A stretch of 64,000 nucleotides of DNA from Bdellovibrionales bacterium (GTDB lineage: Bacteria > Bdellovibrionota > Bdellovibrionia > Bdellovibrionales > JAUICD01). This document shows positions 42,010 to 52,336 of this stretch, in pieces (positions within the stretch are counted from its first letter, which is position 1; each line of letters opens with the position of its first letter). The notes beneath the pieces are model-generated. The model searched no databases. It had not been told where the DNA came from and saw only the letters and a list, made by a program, of their open reading frames with translations. A program made the translations under genes and the position numbers. The stretch is from assembly GCA_965262715.1 (NCBI GenBank), contig OZ253553.1:1344001-1408000 (forward strand), in the 5' to 3' direction.

Positions 42010-42085
42010 TTGATGTTTATAGCAAAAAGACGAGTTGTTCCTCCAAGCAATATCGAGAACTCATCGGCTTTGCCATAAACATCAA
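42010..42085. repeat. PE3 hairpin element
   Basis: ttgatgtttatagcaaa...tttgccataaacatcaa. Confidence 0.75.
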
Positions 42086-42332
42086 ATTTTTTGAAATGAC
42101 TTCTAAAAAGATATGCAAAAAAAGGTCCAATTTAAAAGCTGTTTAATTTAAAGATAAGCAGATATTTTTACAAAAATGTCCGACAAGCAAGACAATAATG
42201 ACTAAAAACCGGATTAACGCACCGAGTTTATTCTTCATAATTTTAAGCAGTTTATTTTTATTCTTTCTTCTTATCTATCTTGATCATAATAAATTTGCCA
42301 CCTAAATACTCGTTCAAAAAAATAGACTTTCA

Positions 42333-42424
42333 TGTCCGGATTTTAGGCTTCGATGTCCAACTCTTCGGACAAGCAGGGTCTTAAACCCACCTTTTACCCA
42401 CTATAAAGCTGGCACTGTTTTTGC
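42333..42424 (+). promoter_or_regulatory. Sigma54 promoter with tandem upstream activator sites, upstream of the ankyrin lipoprotein
   Basis: TGGCAC-TGTTT-TTGC at 42410-42424; TGTCC-N8-GGACA at 42354-42371; second site at 42333-42350. Confidence 0.75.
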
Positions 42425-42527
42425 TGAAGCTCTAAGTACATTTTTAAAATGATTCTTCTCAAAAATAAATCACAGGAAGAAATCATAAATAATATTTTTG
42501 ATAATCAATTTTATATTGGAGGGTATT

Positions 42528-44690
42528 ATGAAAAAGAAATTTCAACAATTAATGAGTATTTTTTTTATGATAACTATTTTTTTTGGATGTAGTTCAAAAG
42601 AACCTGTAAAAAACATACCAGAAAAAGTATCAACAACAACTCAAGAGTTACTAAATGACAATCAGATTCATAAAGAAGTCTTAGATAGTCAACAAAATGA
42701 AAATGACTTACAAGATGGACAGTCATCAGAAGCACCAGAAATTAATATTCAAGATCATCAGAGCATAAAAGAGAAAGCATTGATAGAATCATCACAGAAT
42801 CGTGAAGTTATAGAACGTGTTGTTCAAAGCACTAACAATGATCATATAAGATTCGAACAACAACTTGAAAAGCAAGAAAAATTACAACAAGAAGACATGC
42901 CATCTCTATTAGTAGCTGTTGAACAAGGGAATGTTGCAATTGTTCAAAAGCGACTTGATATGGGCGAAAACCCTAATATAAGAAACAAAGATGGTGAAAC
43001 ATTGCTAACCATCTCAACTCTTAGAGGACACACAAGGGTCATTGAATTACTAACTCAATTTGGAGGAGATCCTAATCTCACAGATACTAGTGGTAAAACA
43101 GCTTTATTTTGGGCTTCTCAAAATGGCTATATTCAAGTAGTGCAACCTCTTATAGAAGCAGGTGCTAATGTGAATGCTCAAAACCTCATTGGTGAAACAG
43201 CTCTTATAATAGCTGCTTTTAAAGGCCATATACAGATTGTTAAACTACTTTTGGAATTTGGGGCCAATCCCAATATAGCAGATAGTTACAATCAAACAAC
43301 AGCCTTGATGTGGGCAACTCTTAGAAATCATACAGATATTATCAGATTGCTTAAAGATGCTGGAAGTAATAATAATCCTGAGAGCATTAATGACCATACA
43401 GCTTTGACATGGGCTATCAGCAAGAGTTATACAAACAAAGCTCAATTACTTATAAACGCCGGTGCTGGTGTTGATGCTCAAGATAACGACAATAATACAG
43501 CTTTAACATGGGCTGCTAAAAACGGTCATAAAGAAACAGTAAGATTACTTTTAGAAGAAGGAGCAAACCCTAACTCTAAAAGCCAAAATGGGTACACAGC
43601 CTTGATGTGGGCTGCCAAAAATGGTTACATAGAAATAGTAAGACTACTCTTAGAGTCTGGTGCCTACATTGATGTTAAGAATCAATATGGAAATACGGCT
43701 TTAATTTGGGCTTCTAGAAAAGGTCACATAGAAACAGTGAAATTACTCTTAGAAGCTGGCGCGCATGTTGACACCGAAGGTGAACATAAAAATACAGCTT
43801 TAATAAAGGCTGCTAAAAATAATCATGTAGAGACAGTATTGATTCTTTTAGAGGCCAGCGCTAATATCAATGCTAAAAATCATATTGGTGAAACAGCTTT
43901 AATTCTCGCTGCTTTTGAAGGTCATACAGAGGTTGTTAAATTACTTTTAGAGTCTGGAGCCAATCCTAATATAGAGGACACTCACGGTCAAACAACAGCC
44001 TTGATGTGGGCGACTCTTAGAAATCATACCGACGTTATCAAGTTACTGACAGACGCTGGCAGTAAAAGTAACCCCAGACGCATAAATGGTCATACAGCCC
44101 TGACATGGACTGCTAGAAAAAGCTATACAAATAAAGTTTCACTAATTATAAAACCTGACGTTGATGTTGATGGTAAAAACAGTAGTGGTAATACAGCTTT
44201 ATTTTTCGCCACCAGACATGGTTATACAGGTATGGCAAAAAAGCTTTTAGAAGCAGGAGCTGACCCTAACTTTAAAAACAAAGGCAATAATACAGCTTTA
44301 TTTTGGGCTGCTCAAAATGGTCATACGAAGACAGTGAGATTACTTTTAGAAGCAGGTGCTAATGTCAATGCTAAAAATAGATATAACAATACGCCTTTGA
44401 TATGGGCTGCTAAGACATGCCGCGTGAGTATAGTAAGACTTCTTTTAGAAGCTGGGGCTCACCCTAATGCTAGAACCAGCTCAGGCAATACCGCTTTGAT
44501 CTTATCCGCTAGTAAAAGTTGCCCTAAAACATCAAAAGTCCTTTGGCAGCACGGCGCTAATTTGAATATTAGAAATAATAGTGGAGTCACTGCTCTAGGT
44601 CGTGCCCTAAGCTATGCAGCTCGTCGCAATTACCGAAGTTCATCTATGAAAACAGTCAATTGGTTAAGAAGTGTTTACGCTGTAAGATAA
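42528..44690 (+). CDS. Large ankyrin-repeat lipoprotein (about 17 repeats)
   Basis: Lipobox IFFGC; many TALxWAAxNGHxxxVxLLLEAGA repeats; start at MKKKF with GGAGG RBS. Confidence 0.9.
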   Translation: MKKKFQQLMSIFFMITIFFGCSSKEPVKNIPEKVSTTTQELLNDNQIHKEVLDSQQNENDLQDGQSSEAPEINIQDHQSIKEKALIESSQNREVIERVVQSTNNDHIRFEQQLEKQEKLQQEDMPSLLVAVEQGNVAIVQKRLDMGENPNIRNKDGETLLTISTLRGHTRVIELLTQFGGDPNLTDTSGKTALFWASQNGYIQVVQPLIEAGANVNAQNLIGETALIIAAFKGHIQIVKLLLEFGANPNIADSYNQTTALMWATLRNHTDIIRLLKDAGSNNNPESINDHTALTWAISKSYTNKAQLLINAGAGVDAQDNDNNTALTWAAKNGHKETVRLLLEEGANPNSKSQNGYTALMWAAKNGYIEIVRLLLESGAYIDVKNQYGNTALIWASRKGHIETVKLLLEAGAHVDTEGEHKNTALIKAAKNNHVETVLILLEASANINAKNHIGETALILAAFEGHTEVVKLLLESGANPNIEDTHGQTTALMWATLRNHTDVIKLLTDAGSKSNPRRINGHTALTWTARKSYTNKVSLIIKPDVDVDGKNSSGNTALFFATRHGYTGMAKKLLEAGADPNFKNKGNNTALFWAAQNGHTKTVRLLLEAGANVNAKNRYNNTPLIWAAKTCRVSIVRLLLEAGAHPNARTSSGNTALILSASKSCPKTSKVLWQHGANLNIRNNSGVTALGRALSYAARRNYRSSSMKTVNWLRSVYAVR

Positions 44691-44933
44691 TTATGTATGT
44701 ATATAGATAACAGATTGCCCGATTGCCCGTTTCCCGGAAAGGGTCCTACAAGTTGGAGTTGATTCTAAAGTGGTAAAGAAAGCAAGATTATATTCGTAAG
44801 CTTTGACATTATGTATTATTTTTTAGATATCACTATATAAACTTGTATTTTTTATTGCATTAATCTGTAATGAATAGTTTTTTAAACCTCTTCATTTTTC
44901 AAATTCTTGTTGAAACTAAAAAGGCGTTTTTTT

Positions 44934-46868
44934 ATGGAAACTTTCCCTTGTCTTGGATTGGAAATTTTAGGTCAATGTCAATACAATCCACGAAATCCAA
45001 CAGTGTACTTTTCTATAGGTCAACTTCTCCCTTTAATTGCAGTTTTTATTGCCTTTTATCAGATTTTAAACCCTATAACAAAGCTTAGAATTGAATCTAG
45101 CAATTTATTTAAGTATAAACCAAGTATCTTTGGTCTTAGAAATTGGCTTTTGGAATATGAATTTCCGTCATATTTTAAGTTGTTTGGTGTAATTTGTAAA
45201 AATCTTATCTCTCGAGTTGAATTCAATGTTTTAAAGATTCTTGCTATCTTGTCTATATTTTTCATTTTTATTTCAACCATAATCCCATCAATACTTTCAG
45301 AACCTCATGTAATCCCACTGTTTGGATATCCTATATTTTGGGAATTACTGGCAGGATTTATTCTTTTATTTATAAGCTGGTATTTAATAAGAGTCATTAT
45401 GAATCCAGCTCAAATAAGAGATGAAAATATAGATGTATGGTTTGGTCGAACTTTAGATATCATTGACCGTAATGAAGAAAAAGAACTAATAGCTTTAGCA
45501 AAAGAAATAACACCTTCTTTAGAGAAAATAATATTTCTTTATGAGAGCTATGAGCATTTTTATCAAAACGTAAAATTTGATTTTTTTAGTAAATATTCAA
45601 AGGATAATCAAAATACCAACAAAAAACGTATTAACAGTATGAGTATTTTTAAAAAAATTAAAAAAGACAAAGATTTTCAAAAGATTGTTCAATTAAACCC
45701 AGCTCTAGACACCTGCTTTAAGATTATAAAATTTCTTTCCGATAAATCATTCTGCAAAGTAGTTGCGTGTAAAGTTCCTAATTTTTCAGAGAAGTTTTTT
45801 TCTCTTTTTTCAAAAGATACAGACATATACCCTGAAGGATATACAAGTCAAATATTTGATAACATATTACAAGCCTCATTTATATATAAAGAATCAACTT
45901 TAAGCAGAGAAAATCAATATGATGGATTAGCCGGTTTTAAGAGTCTAACTTCAAGTATTTTTAAAAATCATAGGTTACTACAACAGCGTAATCCTTTTGG
46001 ATTACTCTTTCCTTCACAAATAGAATTTAAAGAGGACTGGCAAATCAAATTATATTTCTCCTGTTTAAGAGCAGTTATTGAAACTTCTCTTAATGTTTCA
46101 TATAAGGAAACAACCGATGGCTATAAAATAATTCATCCAAAAGATGATAAAATGCTTAGAAATATTTATCATGCTTGTGTAGGAGACAGTTTCATAAATA
46201 ATGGTATTTTAGAAAATATTCCTTTTAATCTTTCTTTTGACAAAAAAATGAATTTATTTAACACGATAAGTTTTAAAATTGGGCAACTATTAATTTTTAT
46301 AAATGAAGATGAGTATAATATAAAAGCTTTCAATATTGATCGTTGTAATATTATACCTGATTCATTGAGAATATATATGAAGGAACCTCATCAAATTTCT
46401 TTATACCATATTTTGGCAAGAATGATTTTTGATTTTTTTATCGAATTATCTATGATTGAGGTAAAAAACCCTGATAGTTCCTGGCGTATTAGAGGTGCAG
46501 GTATTGGTTGTATAAAACCTTCACCTATTTATAAAAAAATGAGAAATATAAATGATATTTTAATAACTTATATAAAGATGCATATAGATGAAGAAAACTT
46601 TCAACGGAGACATTATCCTGCACTTACAAAATACATGCTTCTATTGTTTGGATTGTATTATCCAAAGAAGAAAGAAAATGAATGGGATGAATTTAAGATT
46701 TATCTCTTGGATAAGTTAAAAAAAGAATTTCATAGTTTATATACAGTTGAGGAAAATTTTGCTTTAGACATGCTTCCCTTAGATCTTTCTTATGATCCAT
46801 CCACAAAGGTTATTACTCAAAATAGCACTTCAAGATGGCAGAAGAAAATAACTCTACAATGTGAATAA
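44934..46868 (+). CDS. Hypothetical membrane-anchored protein (N-terminal TM helices, large soluble domain)
   Basis: About 3 hydrophobic helices in the first 170 aa; directly upstream of hsdM; start at METFP uncertain. Confidence 0.65.
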   Translation: METFPCLGLEILGQCQYNPRNPTVYFSIGQLLPLIAVFIAFYQILNPITKLRIESSNLFKYKPSIFGLRNWLLEYEFPSYFKLFGVICKNLISRVEFNVLKILAILSIFFIFISTIIPSILSEPHVIPLFGYPIFWELLAGFILLFISWYLIRVIMNPAQIRDENIDVWFGRTLDIIDRNEEKELIALAKEITPSLEKIIFLYESYEHFYQNVKFDFFSKYSKDNQNTNKKRINSMSIFKKIKKDKDFQKIVQLNPALDTCFKIIKFLSDKSFCKVVACKVPNFSEKFFSLFSKDTDIYPEGYTSQIFDNILQASFIYKESTLSRENQYDGLAGFKSLTSSIFKNHRLLQQRNPFGLLFPSQIEFKEDWQIKLYFSCLRAVIETSLNVSYKETTDGYKIIHPKDDKMLRNIYHACVGDSFINNGILENIPFNLSFDKKMNLFNTISFKIGQLLIFINEDEYNIKAFNIDRCNIIPDSLRIYMKEPHQISLYHILARMIFDFFIELSMIEVKNPDSSWRIRGAGIGCIKPSPIYKKMRNINDILITYIKMHIDEENFQRRHYPALTKYMLLLFGLYYPKKKENEWDEFKIYLLDKLKKEFHSLYTVEENFALDMLPLDLSYDPSTKVITQNSTSRWQKKITLQCE

Positions 46869-47079
46869 ATGGAGATACATTTCAAAAATTGACGTCATTA
46901 AGCAGTGTTGCTAAATCAAAATTTGCTCCAGTTGTGGCTTTTGATGTCAAAAAGAATCAACAGTCATTTGATTGTTCTTGAATTATAGGCATTTATGATG
47001 GATATTTTTCATAAAATGGTAGTTAAGATTGGTTAAAGAACAAATGTCCTAAGCTTTTCATTTACAGGGAGAAATACAA

Positions 47080-48531
47080 TTGTTTGAGCAAGTATTTAAA
47101 AATATTGACGATATTCTTTGGAAAGATGCTGGTTGTGGTAGTGAATTAGATTATGTAGAGCAAACTTCTTGGATATTATTTTTAAAATATTTAAATGATT
47201 TTGAAAAAGATCGAGAACTTAAGGCACAGCTTGCAGGAAAGTCATATAAGAAAATTATTAAGAAAGAGTTTTGTTGGGATGTGTGGGCAACCCCTAAAAC
47301 TCAAAATAAAAAAATTGACCACAACAAAGCATTAACAGGTGATGATCTCAAAGAGTTTGTTGATGAGAAACTTTTTCCTTATTTTAAAAGCTTTAAATCA
47401 AATTCTGAAGGTTTTAATACAATAGAATATAAAATTGGAGAGATCTTTAGCGAATTAAAAAACAAGCTTCAAAGTGGTTATAATCTAAGGGAAGTTATCA
47501 ATCAGATAGATAGCCTTCGATTTCAATCTCATGATGAAAAGCATGAAATGTCTCACTTGTATGAAGAAAAAATCAAAAATATGGGAAATGCTGGAAGAAA
47601 TGGAGGAGAATACTATACCCCTCGTCCTCTGATTAAAGCTATTGTCAAAGTAGTTGCTCCAAAGATTGGAAATAAAATATACGATGGAGCTTTAGGATCA
47701 GCAGGGTTTTTATGTGAAGCTTTTGAATATTTAAAAACAAATCTGACAACTACAGATCAAAAAACTACTCTTCAAAAAAAGACTTTTTATGGTAAGGAGA
47801 AAAAGTCTTTAGCATATATTATTGGAACAATGAATATGATTCTTCATGGAATCGAAGCTCCCCATATTATGCATACAAACACTCTTACAGAAAATTTAGC
47901 AGATATTCAAGAAAAAGATCGCTATGACATTATCCTTGCCAATCCTCCTTTCGGAGGTAAAGAGAGGTCAGAAGTTCAACAAAACTTTCCTATAAAAACA
48001 GGAGAAACAGCCTCTTTGTTTTTACAGCATTTTATTAAAATGCTTAAGGCTGGAGGAAGGGCAGGAGTTGTTATTAAAAATACTTTTCTTTCAAACACAG
48101 ATAATGCTTCTATAAGTCTACGTAAAGAGCTTTTAACAAGTTGTAATTTGTATACAATTTTGGATCTTCCTAAAGGAGTCTTTGCTGGAGCAGGTGTTAA
48201 AACCATTGTATTATTTTTTAAAAAAGGAGTTCCTACAAAAAAAATATGGTATTATCAACTTGATCCTGGACGCAACTTAGGCAAAACCAATCCTCTTAAT
48301 GAAAAAGATTTAGCTGAGTTCATCAAATTACAAAAAAGCTTTGTTGATTCCAAGCAATCATGGATGGTGAGTGTGAAGGATGTGGATCAGAAAAACTTTG
48401 ACTTGAGTGTTAAAAACCCAAACACACCGAAGGAATCTTCTTTAAGACATCCACAAGAAATTTTAGCTAGTATCAAGCTTTTAGATCGAGAAGCTGAAAA
48501 AGTATTACAATCTATGGAGGACTTAATATGA
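47080..48531 (+). CDS. hsdM: Type I restriction-modification methyltransferase
   Basis: GEYYTPRPLI, DGALGSAGFL and NPPFGG motifs. Confidence 0.95.
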   Translation: MFEQVFKNIDDILWKDAGCGSELDYVEQTSWILFLKYLNDFEKDRELKAQLAGKSYKKIIKKEFCWDVWATPKTQNKKIDHNKALTGDDLKEFVDEKLFPYFKSFKSNSEGFNTIEYKIGEIFSELKNKLQSGYNLREVINQIDSLRFQSHDEKHEMSHLYEEKIKNMGNAGRNGGEYYTPRPLIKAIVKVVAPKIGNKIYDGALGSAGFLCEAFEYLKTNLTTTDQKTTLQKKTFYGKEKKSLAYIIGTMNMILHGIEAPHIMHTNTLTENLADIQEKDRYDIILANPPFGGKERSEVQQNFPIKTGETASLFLQHFIKMLKAGGRAGVVIKNTFLSNTDNASISLRKELLTSCNLYTILDLPKGVFAGAGVKTIVLFFKKGVPTKKIWYYQLDPGRNLGKTNPLNEKDLAEFIKLQKSFVDSKQSWMVSVKDVDQKNFDLSVKNPNTPKESSLRHPQEILASIKLLDREAEKVLQSMEDLI

Positions 48532-48950
48532 GCAAGCAAGATATACGATGGGTACAACGACTGAGTAGTTATTGTAAGGCACTGGATATCTTAAAAAGTA
48601 ATGTAGAACTTGCATCAGAAAGAGATTTATCTTTATTAGAAAAACAAGGAGTTATTCAGAGCTTTGAATTTACTCAAGAGCTTGCGTGGAAGACGATCAA
48701 AGATCTTTTTGAATTGGCAGGTGAAACAACAATACTTGGAAGTAGAGATGCTTTTCATCTTGCATTTCAAAGAGGACTCTTATCTGATGGTACATTGATG
48801 AAGACTATTGAGAGTAGAAATAAAGTAGCGCATATTTACAAACAAGAAATTGCCGAAGATATTTTTCATAAAATTGTAGAAGAATACTATGATGGATTTG
48901 AACAATTAAGGACTGCCTTATTGAAAGAGAAAAAAGAAAGAGGATTGTAA
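48528..48950 (+). CDS. HEPN toxin (HI0074-like nucleotidyltransferase substrate-binding family)
   Basis: QGVIQSFEFTQELAWKT; RNKVAHIY fits RX4HXY. Confidence 0.9.
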   Translation: MSKQDIRWVQRLSSYCKALDILKSNVELASERDLSLLEKQGVIQSFEFTQELAWKTIKDLFELAGETTILGSRDAFHLAFQRGLLSDGTLMKTIESRNKVAHIYKQEIAEDIFHKIVEEYYDGFEQLRTALLKEKKERGL

Positions 48951-48953
48951 GCT

Positions 48954-50384
48954 ATGTTTGGTTTAGATGTAGATACTTTAAGAGATATGAGACAGCTTTT
49001 TAGGCAATTTTCAGATATTGAGAAAGTGATTCTTTACGGGTCCCGTGCTAAAGGCAATTATCGTAAAGGCTCTGATATTGACATTACGCTTATTGGAAAA
49101 GGTTTAGGTTTAGACAATGCTATTGATCCTTTAATGAGAAAACTAGATGATTTAAATCTTCCTTATACTTTTGATATTTCTATTTTTAAGCAATTAGACA
49201 ACTTGGATTTAATAGATCATATTTTACGAGTAGGCAAACCATTTTATGAAAAAGAAGAGAGTATACCTGAAGGGTGGGAAGAAAAAAAGCTCAAAAATAT
49301 TATTACGTTGGAATATGGTAAACCCTTACAAATAAACGTAAGAAACCCTAATGGAAAGTTTCCTGTATATGGTGCTAATGGTATAAAAACCAAGACAAAT
49401 AAGTTTTTATATAATCAATCAAGTATCATTATCGGCAGAAAAGGTTCCGCTGGAGAAATAAATTTGTCTGAAAGTAAGTTTTGGCCTCTTGATGTGACAT
49501 ATTATACAGTTTTTGATTCTTCAAAATATGATTTGAAATTCTTATATTATTATATGAGTAACTTAGATTTAACTAAGTTTGCAAAGGGAGTTAAACCAGG
49601 TATAAATAGAAATGATATTTATAACTTAAGAATTCAAATACCATCTCTTCTTGCTATACAGAAACAAATTGTAGCTAACTTAGACAGAGCTTTTGAAGCT
49701 ATAGACAGGGCTATCAAGAATACTGAGCAGAATCTCAAAAACTGCCAAGAACTTTTTGACTCCAACTTGCACGATGTTTTCTCTAATGATTGTTGGCCTG
49801 TGGTACAGTTAGGAGAATTATGCCGGCCTGAATATGGTTACACTACAAGTGCTAAAGATTTTGGTAAATACCGATTTGTTAGAATTACAGATATTAATGA
49901 TAATGGATTGCTAAAATCAGAAAATAAGAAATATATTTTACCAAAAGAAAGTGTACAAAAGTTTATTCTTAAAAAACTAGATGTTTTAGTTGTTAGAACA
50001 GGCGCTACCTATGGGAAAGTGTTATTATTTGACAATAGTGAGCCTTCTGTTTTTGCATCTTATTTGATTAGGCTATGTTTCTCAAAAGACAGAGTAAATC
50101 ATAAATTCTATTGGTGCTTTTCTCAAAGTAAGGCCTATTGGAATCAAGTTCAATCACTAGTTTCAGGAGCAGGACAACCACAATTTAATGCAAACGCTAT
50201 AGTTAAAATAAAAATACCTCTTCCTTCTCTTGACATACAAAAACAAATTGTAAATAAATTTGATAAATTTAATAGAGAAAATAAAGAATTAAAATTTCTT
50301 TATGAACAGAAGATTGAAAGTTTAAAAGAACTAAAAAAATCAATACTCCAACAAGCCTTTAATTGTAAGAGCGAAATACAATAG
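48954..50384 (+). CDS. hsdS: MNT nucleotidyltransferase antitoxin fused to type I specificity subunit HsdS
   Basis: aa 1-100 contain LYGSRAKGNYRKGSDID (GSX10DXD); then IPEGWEEKKL, two TRDs, PSL..QKQIV spacers and LKKSILQQAF. Confidence 0.9.
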   Translation: MFGLDVDTLRDMRQLFRQFSDIEKVILYGSRAKGNYRKGSDIDITLIGKGLGLDNAIDPLMRKLDDLNLPYTFDISIFKQLDNLDLIDHILRVGKPFYEKEESIPEGWEEKKLKNIITLEYGKPLQINVRNPNGKFPVYGANGIKTKTNKFLYNQSSIIIGRKGSAGEINLSESKFWPLDVTYYTVFDSSKYDLKFLYYYMSNLDLTKFAKGVKPGINRNDIYNLRIQIPSLLAIQKQIVANLDRAFEAIDRAIKNTEQNLKNCQELFDSNLHDVFSNDCWPVVQLGELCRPEYGYTTSAKDFGKYRFVRITDINDNGLLKSENKKYILPKESVQKFILKKLDVLVVRTGATYGKVLLFDNSEPSVFASYLIRLCFSKDRVNHKFYWCFSQSKAYWNQVQSLVSGAGQPQFNANAIVKIKIPLPSLDIQKQIVNKFDKFNRENKELKFLYEQKIESLKELKKSILQQAFNCKSEIQ

Positions 50385-50622
50385 TTTTGGTTTTGATTTA
50401 AAGGTTTTAAATTTAAATAGACTGTTTTATAATAACAATCTAATTAAGGAGAAGCGGCCTAATAAAAAGACTTTTTATTATACGTAACTTCAAATCACAA
50501 GTGCAACTCTTTTGTGTTTATAGATATTTTTAAAAGTTGTATCATTTTAAGATTAATATTTCAACAAAGTTTTAATTATCATGAAAGATTATAGTAAATT
50601 ATTTAATTTGAATGAATGTATT

Positions 50623-50698
50623 TTGATGTTTATGGCAAAGTCTCGTAGTCCTCGAGCTAAAGCTCTGCGGAAGAACGATCCTTTGCCATAAACATCAA
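50623..50698. repeat. PE3 hairpin element
   Basis: Perfect 18-bp arms ttgatgtttatggcaaag / ctttgccataaacatcaa. Confidence 0.8.
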
Positions 50699-50767
50699 GC
50701 TGTCAAATAAGCATTTTCAGAAGTTATTATATATAAGTAAAATTAAATGGATAAACTATGAATAACT

Positions 50768-51721
50768 TCAGCAAACCATCTTTTGTCTATGAAACTCATT
50801 AGGAGTTAGAAAACCTAAACTCTTTCGAGGGCGATGGTTTAAAAGAGACTCAACCTTTTTTACATCCTTAGAGGTGACTTCTCTAAAATCTGTCTTCTTT
50901 GGAAAATACTGACGGATTAAACCATTCGTGTTCTCATTTAAACCTCTCTGATATGAACTGTAAGGATGTGCAAAATAAACTTTACATCCAGTATATTCAC
51001 TGATCTTCTCATGACACGAAAACTCTTTACCATTATCCAAAGTCATTGTATGAACAACCTCTCCTTTAAGAGCTTTAGAAATAGCATGAAAAACTGCCTC
51101 AGATCTCTTAGATTCTATTTTGACAATCCTCGTCTTCTTAGAACATCTATCTACCAGCGTGACTAAAGCTCCTTTATGATGTCTACCTATCATTAGATCA
51201 CCTTCCCAGTCTCCTATCCGAAGCTTCTTATCTACTATCTTAGGCCTTTTATCAATGCTCACTCTATTCTTTATCTGACCCCTTTTATCAAATCTACTTG
51301 TACCATATCGCTTCTTGCGTTGCCTCTGACATCTTAAAAATTTGTAGAGATCTCCTCCTGATTGCTTATCTTCAAGAATATGCTGATAAATACTCTCATG
51401 ACTTATAGACAAACCTTTTCGTTTAAGAAAACCGGATATCTGTTCCGGACTCAAACGATCACGAAGAAACCTCTCAAGCTTATTAATGACTTTTTGTGTT
51501 ATCTTTATATGTCTATGAGAGTTTTGAAGACGATCGACTGCTTTTTCATGGGCTTGTTGAGGACGATAACCTCGCAAACCTTTGTTGCGATTCAATTCCC
51601 TATATATGGTGCTTTTATCTCGACCTACCTGAGTAGCAATTGAACTTATTGATTTTCCACTTTGCAAAAAAGCTAAAATCTGGTATCTCTCATGTTGGGT
51701 TAGATGAGTGTAATTGCTCAT
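50768..51721 (-). CDS. IS30 family transposase
   Basis: STIYRELNRN HTH; GDWEGD, TLDNGKEF, ENTNGLIRQYFPK, NHRPRKSLG. Confidence 0.96.
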   Translation of the reverse strand: MSNYTHLTQHERYQILAFLQSGKSISSIATQVGRDKSTIYRELNRNKGLRGYRPQQAHEKAVDRLQNSHRHIKITQKVINKLERFLRDRLSPEQISGFLKRKGLSISHESIYQHILEDKQSGGDLYKFLRCQRQRKKRYGTSRFDKRGQIKNRVSIDKRPKIVDKKLRIGDWEGDLMIGRHHKGALVTLVDRCSKKTRIVKIESKRSEAVFHAISKALKGEVVHTMTLDNGKEFSCHEKISEYTGCKVYFAHPYSSYQRGLNENTNGLIRQYFPKKTDFREVTSKDVKKVESLLNHRPRKSLGFLTPNEFHRQKMVC

Positions 51722-52336
51722 GGAATACTCCTTTCATTATTTAAAGAGATTGATTAGAGTATTCCTCTAACCCGCTTTAAATAACTATGCAAGGAGTTGC
51801 ACTTGCAACTTGAATCCACCATATATAATTGTTTCATATCGAGTGCTTAGTGAATTTGTAAGTAAAAAAACCATCAAATTGTTAAATTTTTAGTCTTCTC
51901 TCTGTATTTGCGTTTCTATCTGCCTGAAAATTTGTGAGTTTTTGATTTTCTTTATAATAGCGGCTTTAAAGGTGTTTTTAAGCCATGTTTTATTGTTTTT
52001 GGGATATAAAATAGGGTTGAAATGAACCTCAATAAAGTGTATAATTTCAAAACACTTTTGTAAATAAACAGAATAATCTGAAAACATGAAAAGCCATGTC
52101 AAAAAAGCTGCTTAACTTAAATGGGATTTAGCTGAAAGTCAGTTATTTGTTTAGAAAAGTTTTTTAAGATTGACTATAAAAAATGACGATAGAGAATAAG
52201 TAAGGTAAGGGTTGACAGATTAAATGTAAAATTATTTTCAACAACAAAAACAATTAAGAGGTGAAGAAAATGCTTTTGAAAGACAGATTGAAAAAGAATG
52301 ATTTTCTTGATCTTGAGAAAGTGGGTGAATTTTTAG

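Larger units (their letters stand above)
50485..51818 (-). mobile_element. IS30-family insertion sequence
   Basis: Imperfect 28-bp inverted repeats at 50485-50512 and 51791-51818 (core caagtgcaactc / gagttgcacttg). Confidence 0.75.
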
